A DNA stretch of 64,000 nucleotides, from the NCBI GenBank assembly GCA_964016885.1, contig OZ024740.1, positions 133,114,001-133,178,000 on the forward strand, written 5' to 3'. This DNA comes from Eledone cirrhosa (lineage: Eukaryota). A program made the translations under genes and the position numbers. This document shows positions 1 through 12,816 of this stretch, one piece after another (position 1 is the stretch's first letter; each line of letters starts with the position of its first letter). The notes beneath the pieces were generated by a model. The model was not told where the DNA came from. It made no database searches and saw only the letters and a list, made by a program, of their open reading frames with translations.

Positions 1-1570
1 AACGCCAAACACATCGAGGCGATCGGCACTACACTAAGAGAATACGAAGCGGTGACAGGAGCAATGATCAACCAGGAAAAGTCAGTGGGCCTGCAGCTCG
101 GCACCTGGAGAGGCAGGTCCATGCCGTCCAACAGCGTCGTCGGACACTGGACGGACGGACCGGTTAAACTGCTAGGGGTCTGGTTCGGTCCGGACCTCCA
201 GACGGACAAAAACTGGGACGAGGTAACGAGCAGGGTGGCTTCTCTCACCCAGAAATGGGCGGAGAGGAAGCTATCCCTGAAAGGTCGAGCGGAGGTGTCT
301 AACGCGTACATCGCGTCTGTCATCTGCTACCGCCTGACTGTCGTACCTTGTCCTAAGCCCCGGCTGACTGCGCTGGAGCGTTTGCTCTTTCGCTTTTTGT
401 GGAAGGCACGCGCTCCGATGGTCAGGCGGTCCATCTGCTGTCAAGACCCGCTACGTGGAGAGCTGGGCATGCCGTGGCTGATGATGTGCAGACACGCGCT
501 CAGGCTACGATATCTCTACCTTTTCCTCGACGGTGATCAGGTGTGGTCGCCGTTTGCTAGACACGTGTTTCCCCAGCTCGTTTCCTTGACGGAGCTGCAG
601 TCCTGGGTCAAGCGAAGACCGAGAGGGAGCGCCTGGAGACTCGAATATCTGCAGGCGCTCACAGCCCTCGACCAATCGGGCAATGTGATCGGCGTTCTAT
701 AGAGGATTAGTGGAGGAGAAGAGCGACGACGTACTTGGGGAAAATCTAGGCGTCGACGAAAATAAACTAGCCAATCTCTTCGGAAGAACTTTCGAGCTGG
801 GACCTATGGACAACTTCCAGAAACCTCTGGCCTGGCAGTGCTACCAAGGAGCCTTGCCAGTTCGGGATAAACTCTACAGGCATGGAGGTGCCGTCAGCCG
901 GGCATGTCCGGGATGCGCGTAGGGCAACGAAACCGTCCTGCACGCACTCGTCCAGTGTCCGAAAATTGGTGACTTGTAGGTTTATGTCGAACACCTGCTG
1001 TCGCGCGTAGGATGGATCCGGCTATCACCTGAGTTCATCGTGAGGATTTCCCCGCCTTCTTCCTTTAGCCGGGAAGGGCAGGCAGTTTTTATCTGTCTGG
1101 TGGCCATGGCAAAAGAGATAGTATGGTTGACACGTTTGAAACGGCATAAGACGAGCACTTACCTCTTCGGTGATGCCCTGATTGACTTTTTCAAATTTCA
1201 TTTGAAAAGGAAAATCAGAGTAGAGAGGGAAGTGCTCTCTTCCCAGCATTTTGTTGAAAGATGGGTGAGAGAAGCAAGAATGGCCCGAGTGAATGGGCCT
1301 ACTCTGAGTACGTATATTTAAATTAAATGTGGAAAACTGGGAGAGGCCACTTGCCTTGGAGGCCAGGGTCACTGTGGCCTTTTACTGGGCTTTCTCCACA
1401 AATGTAGCTCCGAAGTCTCACCCCTATTGTGGAATTTTTCATTGTTATTTTTTGTTACATCCCCTGTTTCTGTTTTTACACGCAGAAATGTCCATTAGTA
1501 CCGTCCTGTATTGTCCTGCACTGTCCTTAATGTCTACTTTATATAAACCCTTGTGGTTAAAAAAGAAATC
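1..1570 (+). mobile_element. Tx1-clade non-LTR retrotransposon, 3' part of ORF2 plus 3' UTR (family T1), runs off window start
   Basis: ORFs 52-702, 710-922 and 1040-1321 give the post-RT region (KLLGVWFG, KLSLKGR, GELGMP, ALPVRDKL, C-x2-C/ET..H..C). Ends CCCTTGTGGTTAAAAAAGAAATC then (ATT)n. In-frame stops present. Confidence 0.9.
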
Positions 1571-1592
1571 ATTATTATTATTATTATTATTA

Positions 1593-4500
1593 CAGCTGCA
1601 TTTATCTTGCTTTATGTTCATACAAGTTATCACCAAGTCACAACCAGTGACCTCAAGACACAACAAGGTCCGCTATGTTCAAGAAAGAACATACATACTC
1701 ACACATGCATCTTTAGGTATTTAGACTTATGATGTACTTATATTGACAGAATCTTCCTTAGTATATGAGCAGTTCCCATTAGTACTATCTTTTGTATCTC
1801 TCCTATACGCGGGTTTCCTGGGATTTGTGACAAGTAATCCTTAGACCCCTTAGGTATCATTCCTACAGCGCCAACAACCACTGGTATTGTTTTAGTTCTC
1901 AATTTCCACATTTTTCCAATTTCTATCTCCAGGTCCTTATACTTGCTCAATTTTTCAAATGTTTTTATAGATACATTCTTGTCTATTGGAACGGACATAT
2001 CAATTAGCAGGCATACCGTCTTTTTAAAGTCCTTCAGTATTATATCAGGTCTATTTGCATCTATGTTTCGGTCTGTTTGTATGCTAGAGTTCCACAAGAT
2101 TGAGATGTGATGTTTTTCAAGTATGGGAGGTGGTGATGCTCCCACCAATTCTTTTGATGGGGCAGGTCAAAATGCTTACACATTATCCAACGTATGTATT
2201 GTGCAGCTCTGTCATGCCTGTTTAGGTATTTGTTTGGAGCTATAGGACTGCACATTGAAATTATATGGTCAATGGTCTCTGGTTGTTTTTTACATATCCT
2301 GCATAATGGGCTGCATCTATTTTTTATTATGTTGGCTTGGTAATTTTTTGTTGGCAGACACTGATCTTGTGCTGATATAATCAGTCCTTCAGTCTCCGAT
2401 TTCAGTCCAGAGGATGCCAACCACTGATGGGTTAAAGTTTTGTCAACATCAGGATTGTTAGCTCGTTCTGGGTATTTTCCATACAGAGGCTTTTGTTGCC
2501 ATTTCTTAGCCAGTTTCTGTAGCAGTTCTTTCTTTGCAGTTACTTTTACCTGCTTTGCTTTTTCTGTGTTTTCCATTTCAGCAGTAAATGGGACTTCTGA
2601 AATTTGTAGTCCATTACTGTATCTTTGTGCATCTTTTGTAATGGAGTATGATCTTTTGATGCTTTCGTGTTTCAAAACGAGTTTGATCATCCAAACATGT
2701 GATTCCCTTAGATATGTAGATAATCCAATTGTTGCAGTTTTCAACGCAATGTCTAACTGGATTAACCCACGTCCTCCTTTTTTCCTACGGAGATATATTC
2801 TATCTGTATCTGCCTTAGGGTGATGCATTCTGTGCATGGTAAAGAATTTTCGAATTTTTGTATCGAGCCTACGGATCTCTGTGCTTGACCAGTTGATGAC
2901 ATTGTAACTGTAGGTTACTACTGGTATGGCAAGCGTGTTTATGGCATCTATCCTATTCCTTGCATTCAATTCCGTTCTTAAGATTGCTCTTACTCTGCGG
3001 TAACATTCCTTCCTTATCCTTTCCCTCATTTTCGAGTGCTTGATTCCGTCTCCTTCACAAACACCTAGATATTTGTAAGTTTCCTCTTGATCAAGTTCTT
3101 ATCACATTCCTCCGATGAAGATTAATGTCTGAACTTTTCAGCAGCTTTCCTCTGGTGAACGTTGCTTTGGCGCATTTATCTAGTCCAAACTCCATTTTAA
3201 TGTCATCACTGAACTGCAACACAGTGGATAATAGACCTTGCAATTGTTCATCATTTTTTGCAAATAGTTTCAGGTCATCCATGTAGAACAAGTGATTAAT
3301 GGTTTTGTCATAGACTTTATATCCATGTTTTGTTTCATTGAGCATTTTACTTAATGGTATAAGTGCGATGCAGAATAAAAGCGGTGATAAAGAGTCACCC
3401 TGAAAAATTCCACAATTAATATTATCTTCTCCAGCTTCCAGTGATTTTGTTTCACTATTCAAAAGGAGTGTCGTTTTCCATGTCTTCATACTGAATGACA
3501 AGAACCTCCTGACAACGGGAGATATTTTGAAAATCTCTAAACATTTTTCAATCCAACTGTGTGGCAACCTATCGAATGCTTTTGTATAATCTATCCAAGC
3601 AATTGATAGATTGTTGTGTCTATTATGACAATCTTCCAGTATCATTTTGTTAACCAAAAGCTGATCCTGACAGCCATATGAGCCTCGTTTACATCCTTTC
3701 TGCTCAATGGGAAATAGGTCATTTGTTATCAGGTGGTCATATGTATATTCAGTTAGGACTGATGTTAAAATCTTATACATTGTGGTCAAGCAAGTTATCG
3801 GTCTGTAATTTTTGGGATTGTTTGTCTCATCATTCTTCGGAAGCAGGAATGTAATGCCGTTAACTAGCCATGATGGTATCTTTTCTGGCTCCTTAACTAT
3901 TTCATTGTAAAGTTGGGCTAACAGCTCATGAGACTCTGTGAAGGCATTTATCCAAATGTTTTGTATTTTGTCTTTTCATGGGGATTTCCATTTGCTGGTT
4001 CTTCTTAGAGCCAAACTCAACTGTTCAACTGTTATATTTTCCCATATTTGTTCCTCAAGGTGAGCTGTATCTTTCATTTGTCTGTCTATCCATGTTGCAT
4101 GTCTATTATGAACTTTTTCTCCGGTCCAGATCTTTTACAAGAATTCTTGCACTTACTCCTTGGGTGGTATTGATTTAGCAGTTATTGTTGAATTACCAAT
4201 TTTTCGGTAGACGTTTCTTTGGTTGTTTTTGAACATATTATTGTCCTTATAGAATCTAGATCGTTTTTCAAAGCGCCTTATACGAGCAGCTTTGGACGAC
4301 ACTTTTTGCTTGATTATTTCTATCAGCATGTCTGTGTCACTTGTTGATTTTATACTGTACTTTCTTTTCAATTTTCTAAGTTTAGTTTATTTAACATGTT
4401 CACCTACTTTATAGTTTGTTAAAATTTCTATGTCAGATCGGAGAAGGTTTATTTGGCGATTGATGTTCTCTTGCCAAGTAGATTTCTTGTGGGAATTCCT

Positions 4501-5802
4501 TTGTTTTTTCATCTTCACTCCACATAAGTGAGTGGTGACTTTAGCTGATGCATAATAGAGATGATTTAAATCAGTAATGTTCAGTTTGTTTGTGATGATA
4601 ATCTTTTTTAGAATTATGTTAGTCTTGTGTATTATCTTTTGGTTCTGTTTGGAGTTTTGGATCTTAGGGAAGGTGTCTCGTTGCCCCATGTCAGATTCTT
4701 TCATTTTCATCCATTCGATCATAATTTCATCCTTCAAGTTGACAAGTTCATTCTCATTCATTTCTTTATCATTTGCGATCTCATTATTTTCATTTGGAGT
4801 TTCATCTTGAGCATGCACTCCCTCCACTTTTTCGATCCTTTCTTTAATTTGTTCTGTTGTCAGTGATTCCGCCCCAACCCTGGGATTCGAAGTGTTACAA
4901 TTTACCTCGTTTTCACTGACACGTGTTTTATTTTCCCTTCGCTGACTTTGTGCTAATAGCTTGATCTGATCAATTTCTATATCAGTTAGTAACTTTTTTC
5001 TTACAATATTTCTTCGTATATTGGCTAGTTTGTTACTGTCAATATAGCCTATGTTTTCGGGATGTTTTTTTTTCCAGTTGATATATGTCTGTTCTGTATT
5101 CGATGTATTCGATCGGTAGTACATGGCAGTGTAGAAAGCATCAAGGACTTCTTTATTATCTTCCCTTGACCATTTTTCTCTCTTTTTCTTTGGATTTCTT
5201 GGTGGTGAGCATGGAGGGCCAACAGTAGGAGTATTCCGGTTATGGAAGGTCTCCAGCTACGAAGTGATGGGCAGGTTTGAACCATTAGCTGATTTTTCGA
5301 CCCCAGTCTGGTTCCTGTCTGAGGGACGCGGCCCTTTTTGACCCGGGTGACGGCCGATCCGGTATGAGATTTTATCATTAGACATTTACTTTATTTTGTC
5401 GGGTTTTATCCTTTTCCGCCAAGGGGTAATCATTTCTTGTTACCACTTCTAGGACGATTGTCAACCAAGACTAGAAGGGTCGTCCTGCCCTAGAGACACG
5501 GCTATTCCCCGCCGGCTGCCATCCCGGTATTTCTTGGTCACGGGGTTTTCTTTTTTGTTGTTTTTTAAATTGTTATTATCATGAGTGGTTCCTTAATGTG
5601 AGCATTGCATGGCTTAAGAATGAAATCATTAATAATATAATATAACTTTTGTTGAAGTTGCCTGTTATTGTTTTGGTTATGTCGGTGGTGGTGCTGGGGC
5701 TTTTTCTATTGTTGGTGGGGAAGGGGGGAGCCAGCAGCAGTGCCATAGACGTTGACGTTTGGCCGGTGGCCGGGTCACTAAGTCAATCTATTTATATCTT
5801 TT
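1593..5802 (-). mobile_element. R4/Dong-clade RLE non-LTR retrotransposon (family A, copy 1), frameshifted, 5' UTR truncated
   Basis: Myb-like N-terminus (KWSREDNKEV), RT (GIFQGDSLSP, YMDD), CRIC...ETIDHIISMC knuckle, RPDI..D..KY RLE. Flanked on both sides by (TAA)n-type tracts (1571-1592, 5811-5845). Confidence 0.92.
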
Positions 5803-5846
<44 letters not shown>

Positions 5847-6119
5847 CACACATACACACATACAGATAGCTTGGGGATTCCCTAGTTGAGGGCTACAGTA
5901 TCCTATAATGAAGAGTGTTTTAACGTACTCTGGCGGTTGACTCAAAAGTTGTTTACTACGGTAGGTTTATTGAAGTGTAGTCCCTTGATAGTTCAGTGAT
6001 CATAAATACCTGATTAGGTTTTCAAGCAATAAATAACTGATCTGACCCTAACAGTGATCTTCTATAGATATATTATAGATTCCGGGTGTGTGTATGTTTG
6101 TTTTCTTTCGTTTATTTAT

Positions 6120-6250
6120 GATCTGTTCGGTGAAACATTATGTAACAGACATGAAACCTAAGTACTGAGATCAATATCATGGACCAAAACCCTTATAGGT
6201 GATGTCCCAGCATGGCCGATGTGTAATGAATGAAAATCGCAAAAGGATAT
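6120..6250 (+). repeat. Decayed SINE-like 3' fragment
   Basis: GGTGATGTCCCAGCATGGCCG...TGAAA resembles the tail of an abundant cephalopod short repeat (from recall only). Confidence 0.35.
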
Positions 6251-6294
6251 ATGAATGAAATAATAATATTAATATGAAGAATATTATATATATA

Positions 6295-6510
6295 TCTAAA
6301 ACAGAGAATGTCTGTATGTCTGTCTGACTCCCTAAACTCGAGATCCACACAAACATTACACATGTAATACTTATGGTCGTGTGAGTATTTTGAACAAAAG
6401 AAATTTTAAATTTTCAATGTCCTAGGAACAGCATTAGGCGCCGAACGTCGCACCCTTATAATATTTGTTTGTATGTTTGGCTTTCTGCATTACGACATTA
6501 TGACGCTATC
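6295..6510 (+). mobile_element. Possible 5' end of a non-autonomous Helitron
   Basis: A|TC start followed by an AAAA run and GTCT-type repeats, typical of small Helitron 5' ends. May pair with the CTAG end at 8692. Confidence 0.35.
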
Positions 6511-6579
6511 TGTGTGTGTGTATATATATATGTATATATAGTGTGTGTGTATATATATATATATGTATATAGTGTGTGT

Positions 6580-6696
6580 AACGTTTTTTCGAAATATTTC
6601 CTTCTGCGTTCACAGATTTATTTTTTTAGTTTCAGAAGATCCCGTTAAGGGTGAAAGCAACGATTCTTTGCTTAAACTTTAATCTGTTATTTTAAT
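6580..6696 (+). repeat. Dispersed repeat terminus abutting (TA)n; second copy at 52416-52520 on the minus strand
   Basis: TAGTTTCAGAAGATCCCGTTAAGGGTGAAAGCA.CGATTCTTTGCT...CTGTTATTTTAAT is shared between the two loci. Confidence 0.75.
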
Positions 6697-6702
6697 ATAT
6701 AT

Positions 6703-7478
6703 ATAGGCGTGTCAGAAAAGTTCCAGGACTGATGTCACAAAAGATTTATTTCAAACCCAAACTTCACACAAGGAGTTTTCTACTTCAAATTAATTCCCCT
6801 GAAGTATGTAACTGTAATCTTAGCTCTCTGCAGAGATCAAACTCTTTTCTTCATAATTTCATATACATGTCCTCTGTTTCAGGTCGTCAATCAATGAGCA
6901 CAGAGCAACGAACAATTTGAAGTTTCTGGTACGGCTGGGGAAAACTCGGTCAGAAGCACTGGGATTGCTGCAGCAAGTGTATGGAGATGAGACGCTGTCA
7001 CGCTCACGTGTTTTTGAGTGGTGCCAAGAGGTTTAAAGAAGGACGCGAGGACGTGAAAGATGACCCCAGGAGCGGAAGGCACTCAACAATCAGGAGAGTC
7101 GGCTGACTGTTCGACTGATGGTAAATGAGCTGGACATGAATCCGGAATGCGCCTGGAAGATTTTCACTGAACATTTGGACATGCGGAAAGTCTGCGCGAA
7201 GATGGTGCCAAAACTGCAGAAGGGTCGACAAATGCATGTGTGCCCGGACATCCTCGAACGTCTTGAAACCGAACCAGACTTGCTAGGGACAGTCATGGAT
7301 CTTCGAGTACAACCCGGAGGGTACTCGATTTGAAGACGTGGGCGACATCAAAAAGGCCGTGACGACGGAACTGCGGGGGATCCCGGAAGAATCCTTCCAG
7401 GGGTGCATGCAAGTGCGGCAGAAAAGGATGGAAAAGTGCATTAGACTCCAGGGGGTTTACTTTGAAGTAGAAAATTCT
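6703..7478 (+). mobile_element. Mariner-family transposon, internally deleted, 3' TIR missing
   Basis: MSTEQR..KF.VRLGK..SEA...LQQVYGDETLSRSRVFEW..RFKEGREDVKDDPRSGR HTH; LDMRKVCAKMVPK; C-terminal RMEKCIRLQGVYFE; TIR-like GTGTCAGAAAAGTTCCAGGACT after TA. Confidence 0.88.
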
Positions 7479-7483
7479 TAGTT

Positions 7484-7943
7484 ATCGAAGACAGAATTAA
7501 GTGAAAGAACAGGATCGCGAATACAAGCATCCGAAATGGGGTTCCTCCAAAGGGTTTTTGTACTAACGTTATCCGATGGAGTGCGAAGCTCGGAGATCCG
7601 AGTGTCTCTCCAGGTAGAGCCACTACGTCTCAGAAATGAATGTTCATATCTCCGATATTATGGGCCTGGGTTTAGATTGTTTTCAGGAAAGAATCGCTGG
7701 ACAGATTTTATGGGTAAAACCAACCGGCAGGAGACAGTGTTAGACTCTAAGTAAGATTGTTGGATAACTTCCATAATCTTGCCAGGTCTCTCTTGGGGAT
7801 CCAGCGGGATCAGTTGTAGACAGTGCCTCGGAGATAATCCGCTGGAAAGAATGTTTGAGGAATATTCCCCCACGACTCTCTCAGGAAGAAGAAGAAGAAG
7901 AAGAAGAAGAAGAAGAAGAAGAAGAAGAAGAAGAAGAAGAAGA
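7484..7943 (+). mobile_element. RTE-clade LINE 3' fragment with (GAA)n tail (left arm)
   Basis: EMGFLQRV..TLSDGVRSSEIRVSLQVEPL...LRYYG, typical RTE post-RT region; (GAA)n at 7885-7943. Confidence 0.75.
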
Positions 7944-8008
7944 AAACGACGACGACGATGAGGAAGTGTGTAACTAGATTCGCTATTTTGGATTACTTAA
8001 GAAATAAT

Positions 8009-8205
8009 TGTTTCTACTTTTGGCACAAGGCCAGGAATTATTCTAATGCATTACTGGTACTTTATTTCACCGACCCCGTAAGGATGAAAGGCAAAGTTAA
8101 CCTCGGCAGGATTTGAACTCAGACCATAAAGGGCCGTAACTCTTTGCTGCAAACCATGGCGACCGATTCTCTACCGATACTGCCAATCCACCAGCCTTCA
8201 TTTAA
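8009..8205 (-). mobile_element. tRNA-derived SINE
   Basis: A/B-box-like head (TGGCAGTATCGG, GAGTTCAAATCC), core AACTTTGCCTTTCATCCTTACGGGGTCG, 18-bp TSD GATTACTTAAGAAATAAT. Confidence 0.9.
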
Positions 8206-8223
8206 GATTACTTAAGAAATAAT

Positions 8224-8323
8224 TGTTTCTACATTTGGCACAAAGACAACAGATACCCAGTGCATTACTGGTACTTTATTTTATCCACCCCGTAAGGATG
8301 AAAGGCTAAGTTAACCTCGGGGG
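8224..8323 (-). mobile_element. 5'-truncated SINE inserted at the same site as the preceding copy
   Basis: Core plus tail; third copy of the same 18-bp TSD at 8324-8341. Confidence 0.85.
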
Positions 8324-8659
8324 GATTACTTAAGAAATAATGAAGTACGTTGAGGGCTTTTAGGCTAAAAAAACACTGCATTATATAGGAAACTAGCAGA
8401 ATGACCCGGCGTTGCTCGGGATTTGCTCTAGGGTTCCTATATATTTGATATATATTTATCCTTTGGGTTTGGGTTTGAAATAAATCTTTTGTGTCCTGGA
8501 ATATTATGACACACCTCGTGTATATATATATAAGTATATATAATTATATATTCGTGTACAGATATTTTAGCATACTCAATAACAAAATATAAACAAACGT
8601 AATTATTTCACGAGGCTCGATAAGGATAAATATATATCAAATATATAAGAACCCTAGAG

Positions 8660-8693
8660 CAAATCCCGAGCAACGCCGGGTCATTCTGCTAGT
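8660..8693 (+). mobile_element. Helitron-type 3' terminus (mirror copy at about 8392-8425, minus strand)
   Basis: GC hairpin CCCGAGCAACGCCGGG followed 8 nt later by CTAG|T. Confidence 0.7.
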
Positions 8694-8761
8694 TTCCTAT
8701 ATAATGCAGTTGTTTTTTAGCCTAAAAGCCATCAACGTACATAATTATTTCTTAAGTAATC

Positions 8762-8958
8762 TTAAATGAAGACTGGTGGATTGGCAGTATCGGTAGAGAG
8801 TCGGAGGCCATGCTTTGCAGCAAAGAGTTACGGCCTTTTATGGTCTGAGTTAAAATCCTGCCGAGGTTAACTTTGCCTTTCATCCTTACGGGGTCGGTGA
8901 AATAAAGTACCAGTAATGCACTGGGATAATTCCTGGCCTTGTGCCAAAAGTAGAAACA
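8762..8958 (+). mobile_element. tRNA-derived SINE (right arm)
   Basis: Same family; TSD ATTATTTCTTAAGTAATC at 8744-8761 and 8959-8976. Confidence 0.9.
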
Positions 8959-9022
8959 ATTATTTCTTAAGTAATCCAAAATAGCGAATCTAGTTACACA
9001 CTTCTTCATCGTCGTCGTCGCA

Positions 9023-9513
9023 TTCTTCTTCTTCTTCTTCTTCTTCCTGAGTCTTATTCCTGAGAGAGTCGTGGAGGAATATTCCTCAAACATTCTTTCC
9101 AGTGGATTCTCTCCGAGGCACTGTCTACAACTGATCCCGCCGGATCCCCAAGAGAGACCTGGCAAGATCATGGAAGTTATCCAACAATCTTACTTAGAGT
9201 CTAACACTGTCTCCTGCCGGTTGGTTTTGCCCATAAAATCTGTCCAGCGATTCTTTCCTGAAAACAATCTAACCCCATGCCCATAATATCGGAGTTATGA
9301 ACACTCAATTCTGAGAGATAGTGGCTCTACCTGGAGAGACACACGGATATCCGAGCTACGCACTCCATCGGGTAATGTTACTACAAATACCCTTCGGAGG
9401 AACCCCATTTCGGATGCTTGTATTCGCGATCGTGTTATTTCACTTAATTCTGTCTTCGATCACTCGTGAACACGGCCCGGAGATATTTGAACTTCTCCAG
9501 CATCTTCAGTTCT
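9023..9513 (-). mobile_element. RTE-clade LINE fragment (right arm, about 55 bp longer than the left copy)
   Basis: Extends to LEKFKYLRAVFTSD (KFKYLG-like motif); shares internal deletions with the left copy. Confidence 0.75.
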
Positions 9514-9539
9514 AATTAAGGTATTAAAATTCAGAATGC

Positions 9540-11650
9540 CTTCAAATTTAAACCTTCAAATAGTCCTCCCGGCACTTTAACAGAAACTTAATTAGAACGA
9601 CGTCAACTTTTTTCTTCAGAGTAATGATGAATTCAAGTGCAATTAAAGATCAATTTCTCGTTCGTTTAACTACAACATTTTTCCTATCCTATTTTAATTT
9701 GTTTGGGCCACTAATCCACATTTTGATGGTAGAAATTAGATGAAAATAATTATTTCATTTTATTTTAACTCCAGCATGTAGCTGGGAATTGATACATATT
9801 ATATTTCTCATTTCTTGTTATTTCAGAATAATTTTAAAGAGTAATTTGAAAATACTTCCAAACAATCAAGAAAGGATTTTCTTTTAACCTCCTGGCTTAA
9901 ATAAAGTTAATGATTAGATTTTTAATTGTTGCCTTCCCTTTCTAGATGAATTTAAAACTATATGAGTTTGTTCATTAAAGATTTAACTTGTTTTATATAA
10001 TATATATAGATATATATATACAAGTCGGCCACCAGCCCTATACCTTAACTTTATTGCAATCCAAGTTTTAAATTAAACATCTGTCTTTCGTATCTAAATC
10101 TACTAAAATCTATATCAAGTTTACTCCCTTTAGTTAAGGGTTTTACAATTTCAAATATGCTCATCGTTACTTACTAATTCATCGCTATACTTAGCAGATG
10201 TTGCTGATAATGTGGATTCGAATTCAAAATTAAAGGCATGTGGTTTAAGGCTGATGTTCACTGTAATTTTAACAATACTCCCACTAAAATCAAATTTGGC
10301 GTTACTATCGAATTCTGTGGAAACATATTTTCTGGCACCTGGTATTTCCTGTTCTCCTATAGCTTCCGGGTCCGGTACAATCTATTTTAAGCTAAAATTA
10401 AATTTTCTGACAAAATCGTCCATATTATGAATAGATTCATCAACAGTCACAAAATATAAATTTGTTTATAATGAAACGTTTGACCGCATATCTTACAAAT
10501 TGTATTCAAAGTCCAATCATACCTTTACTTTCATATTCCTATATACGGAAATACCCTAACAGGTAGATATTCCAGAGATGAGATATTTTGGATTATTCGC
10601 CACATCTTTAATGTTACCTTTAACCGTTTCGTTGGCTAGGTATATTGCAGCTAATATACTTTCTTCTTTTTTCCACATACTCAAGAATTTTTTAAATACT
10701 GTGCAGGGAATATCAAATTTCCATCAATAAAATAGCAAGACTTGGCTATAAGTTTTTAAGTTTCATAAGATTCTAAATCTACGTTTTATTAGATATATTC
10801 GTAAAGATAGCGATTGTCTATGCTTTTCAATGCAGAGCATAATTTATCGTCCTTATTTAAGAAAAACGATGTTGGTTTATGTCTGTATTTAACAAGTTTG
10901 CTGCCCGAATGTCATTTTAAATTTGTTGTTTTTTTATGCTTTTGTTTGATAAATAGGTGAGGGAAATAATGAATAAGAGCAAATAATAATCTTTACTTGC
11001 CAAACAACTTACGATACAAAATTATACATTACATTGTCATCATGCTACTAATGGATTCAAATAAGTGTTATCTTTATATTGTACTTCTCCATATCGGTTA
11101 ATGTGTTATTACTGATAGTTTTCTTTTATTAGGCGTAACATTATTTTAGACGCATTCCCAACCATATTGAAAAGGGCAAGATATTTAATAATAAATTTAT
11201 ACGGTGAAAGAATGGTATTTAACTAATGTATTGGTACGCAATGGGGCCCACCCACAGCGACGGCCGAGAGAATGGAGAAGGCGTTTCCCCGGAGGTAGAT
11301 AATCCTGATAGATAAATTAGAACAAATCTTATAAAATAACAAATATTAATTTAATTGTATAAAAAGAGAAACTATCAAGCACAATTTATTTTAAGCTGCC
11401 AGTATTCACATATTATCTCCAACTACGGTATATTTCAAATTCCTACGACTGATGTAGTATCCATCATCTAACTCGGTTACAGAGTGAGACAAATCTATTG
11501 TTGTAATATTTCCCAAGGACCGGAAGGATTTTCTTGGGTACAAGAAATAGGCCACAGAACATAGCATAAAAGACGCTGTAAGAATTCGAAATGAATTTCC
11601 TTTCCCTTATAAAATTCTGTATCCACATGTTCGTCCTAATTAATCAGTGT
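9540..11650 (-). pseudogene. Highly decayed LTR-retroelement pol relics (RNase H-like and integrase-like)
   Basis: Manual translation with stops: QEIPGARKY (10325-10352), TSAKYSDEL (10175-10201), KGVN, HAGVK (9763-9778), PSGPWEILQ (11501-11527), LWVGP. Confidence 0.35.
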
Positions 11651-11694
11651 ATTTATTTTTTGAAGAACGAAACACTTAGTCTAATGTCATTTAT

Positions 11695-11890
11695 CAGTTG
11701 GCAGAAATGTTGGAGCGTCTGCCAGCATCATGTGCACTATATATTCTGGCCCTTTTAGTTCTGAGTTCAAATCCAATCGAAGTCAAATTTGCTTTTCATC
11801 CTTCCGAAATAAATAAAATCAATTAACAGTAAAGTACTGGGCTCGATTTACTTGACTTTCTCTCTCCCAAATTGATGGATTTGTAAGTAT
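11695..11890 (+). mobile_element. Older SINE subfamily copy
   Basis: TGGCAGAA...GTTCTGAGTTCAAATCC...TTTGCTTTTCATCCTTCCG...GTACTGGG. Confidence 0.75.
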
Positions 11891-12816
11891 CCTATGAGCT
11901 AATATTTATTCTCTTTTTGTGATATAACTGATATAACAAACTTATAAACGTTTCAGGATTAAATATTTCAACCTTATCCCATTATTTAATGCTTATTCTT
12001 AAGCAGGGTATTAATTATGGAGATTTCAAGCGTTAGAAATACTAGTTACCAAAAATATATAATTTGATGGACATATATCCAAGTCAAAGCCTTTTGAAAC
12101 GGATTACTCATTAAAATCTGTAAACAATTTAATGCAGATAAAATATGATTTGAAACAGAATTTCGTGGGAGGTGATATTCCTACCTAATTCTAATGATTG
12201 TAAGCCTATCCGGGAAAGGGAGGACTGGTATATTGAAATAGCTGCATAGTATATATATATAAATTCATTGTTTCAAAATAATGTTATTTATATGAGGGTG
12301 TGTTTAGTAATATTGCTGAGTTAGATCCAAGCCATGTGCTATGAGCTAACAAATCACGTTTTAAAACTATGATATGAGTTTAAGAATATATTAAATTTGC
12401 AGAGAATTGTCATGTATTTCCCTTGAGTAAAATAAACTTTAATCACGCTTCACTTATTTCTATTATTGAACACATTTAACGAGACACTAATTACAAGATT
12501 AAATTGCCTCTTATTTCATCCAATTTATTACAATACGATTAATTCAGTGTGAGTTTTAATAAGCTGATCTCATCATATAGATTAAGTTGCGTTTAAGCCA
12601 ATAGATTCCAATATCTAATTATTTCCCTAATGAAAATTTTGATTTAATGAAAGAACAGCCAAGATACATTCTCACTACTGATTATACTTTCTGAATTTTC
12701 TGAATATATTTAAAACTTTTATGAGTGTATTATCTATATAGAATATGACGATTCTTCATGTGACTTACTAGATATATGGTGACTAGCTTTTCAAGCATAT
12801 TGCTGCATTTGTACAC

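Larger units (their letters stand above)
7484..9460. repeat. Large composite inverted duplication (arms 7484-8463 and 8622-9460, 158-bp spacer)
   Basis: Reverse-complement match across RTE fragment, GAA tail, SINE, unique DNA and Helitron end. Arms differ by scattered substitutions and indels. Confidence 0.95.

Noticed and set aside
8462-8477. TTTGGG repeats in the spacer of the large inverted repeat
   Set aside because: Only about two units and not TTAGGG; insufficient for a telomere-addition claim.
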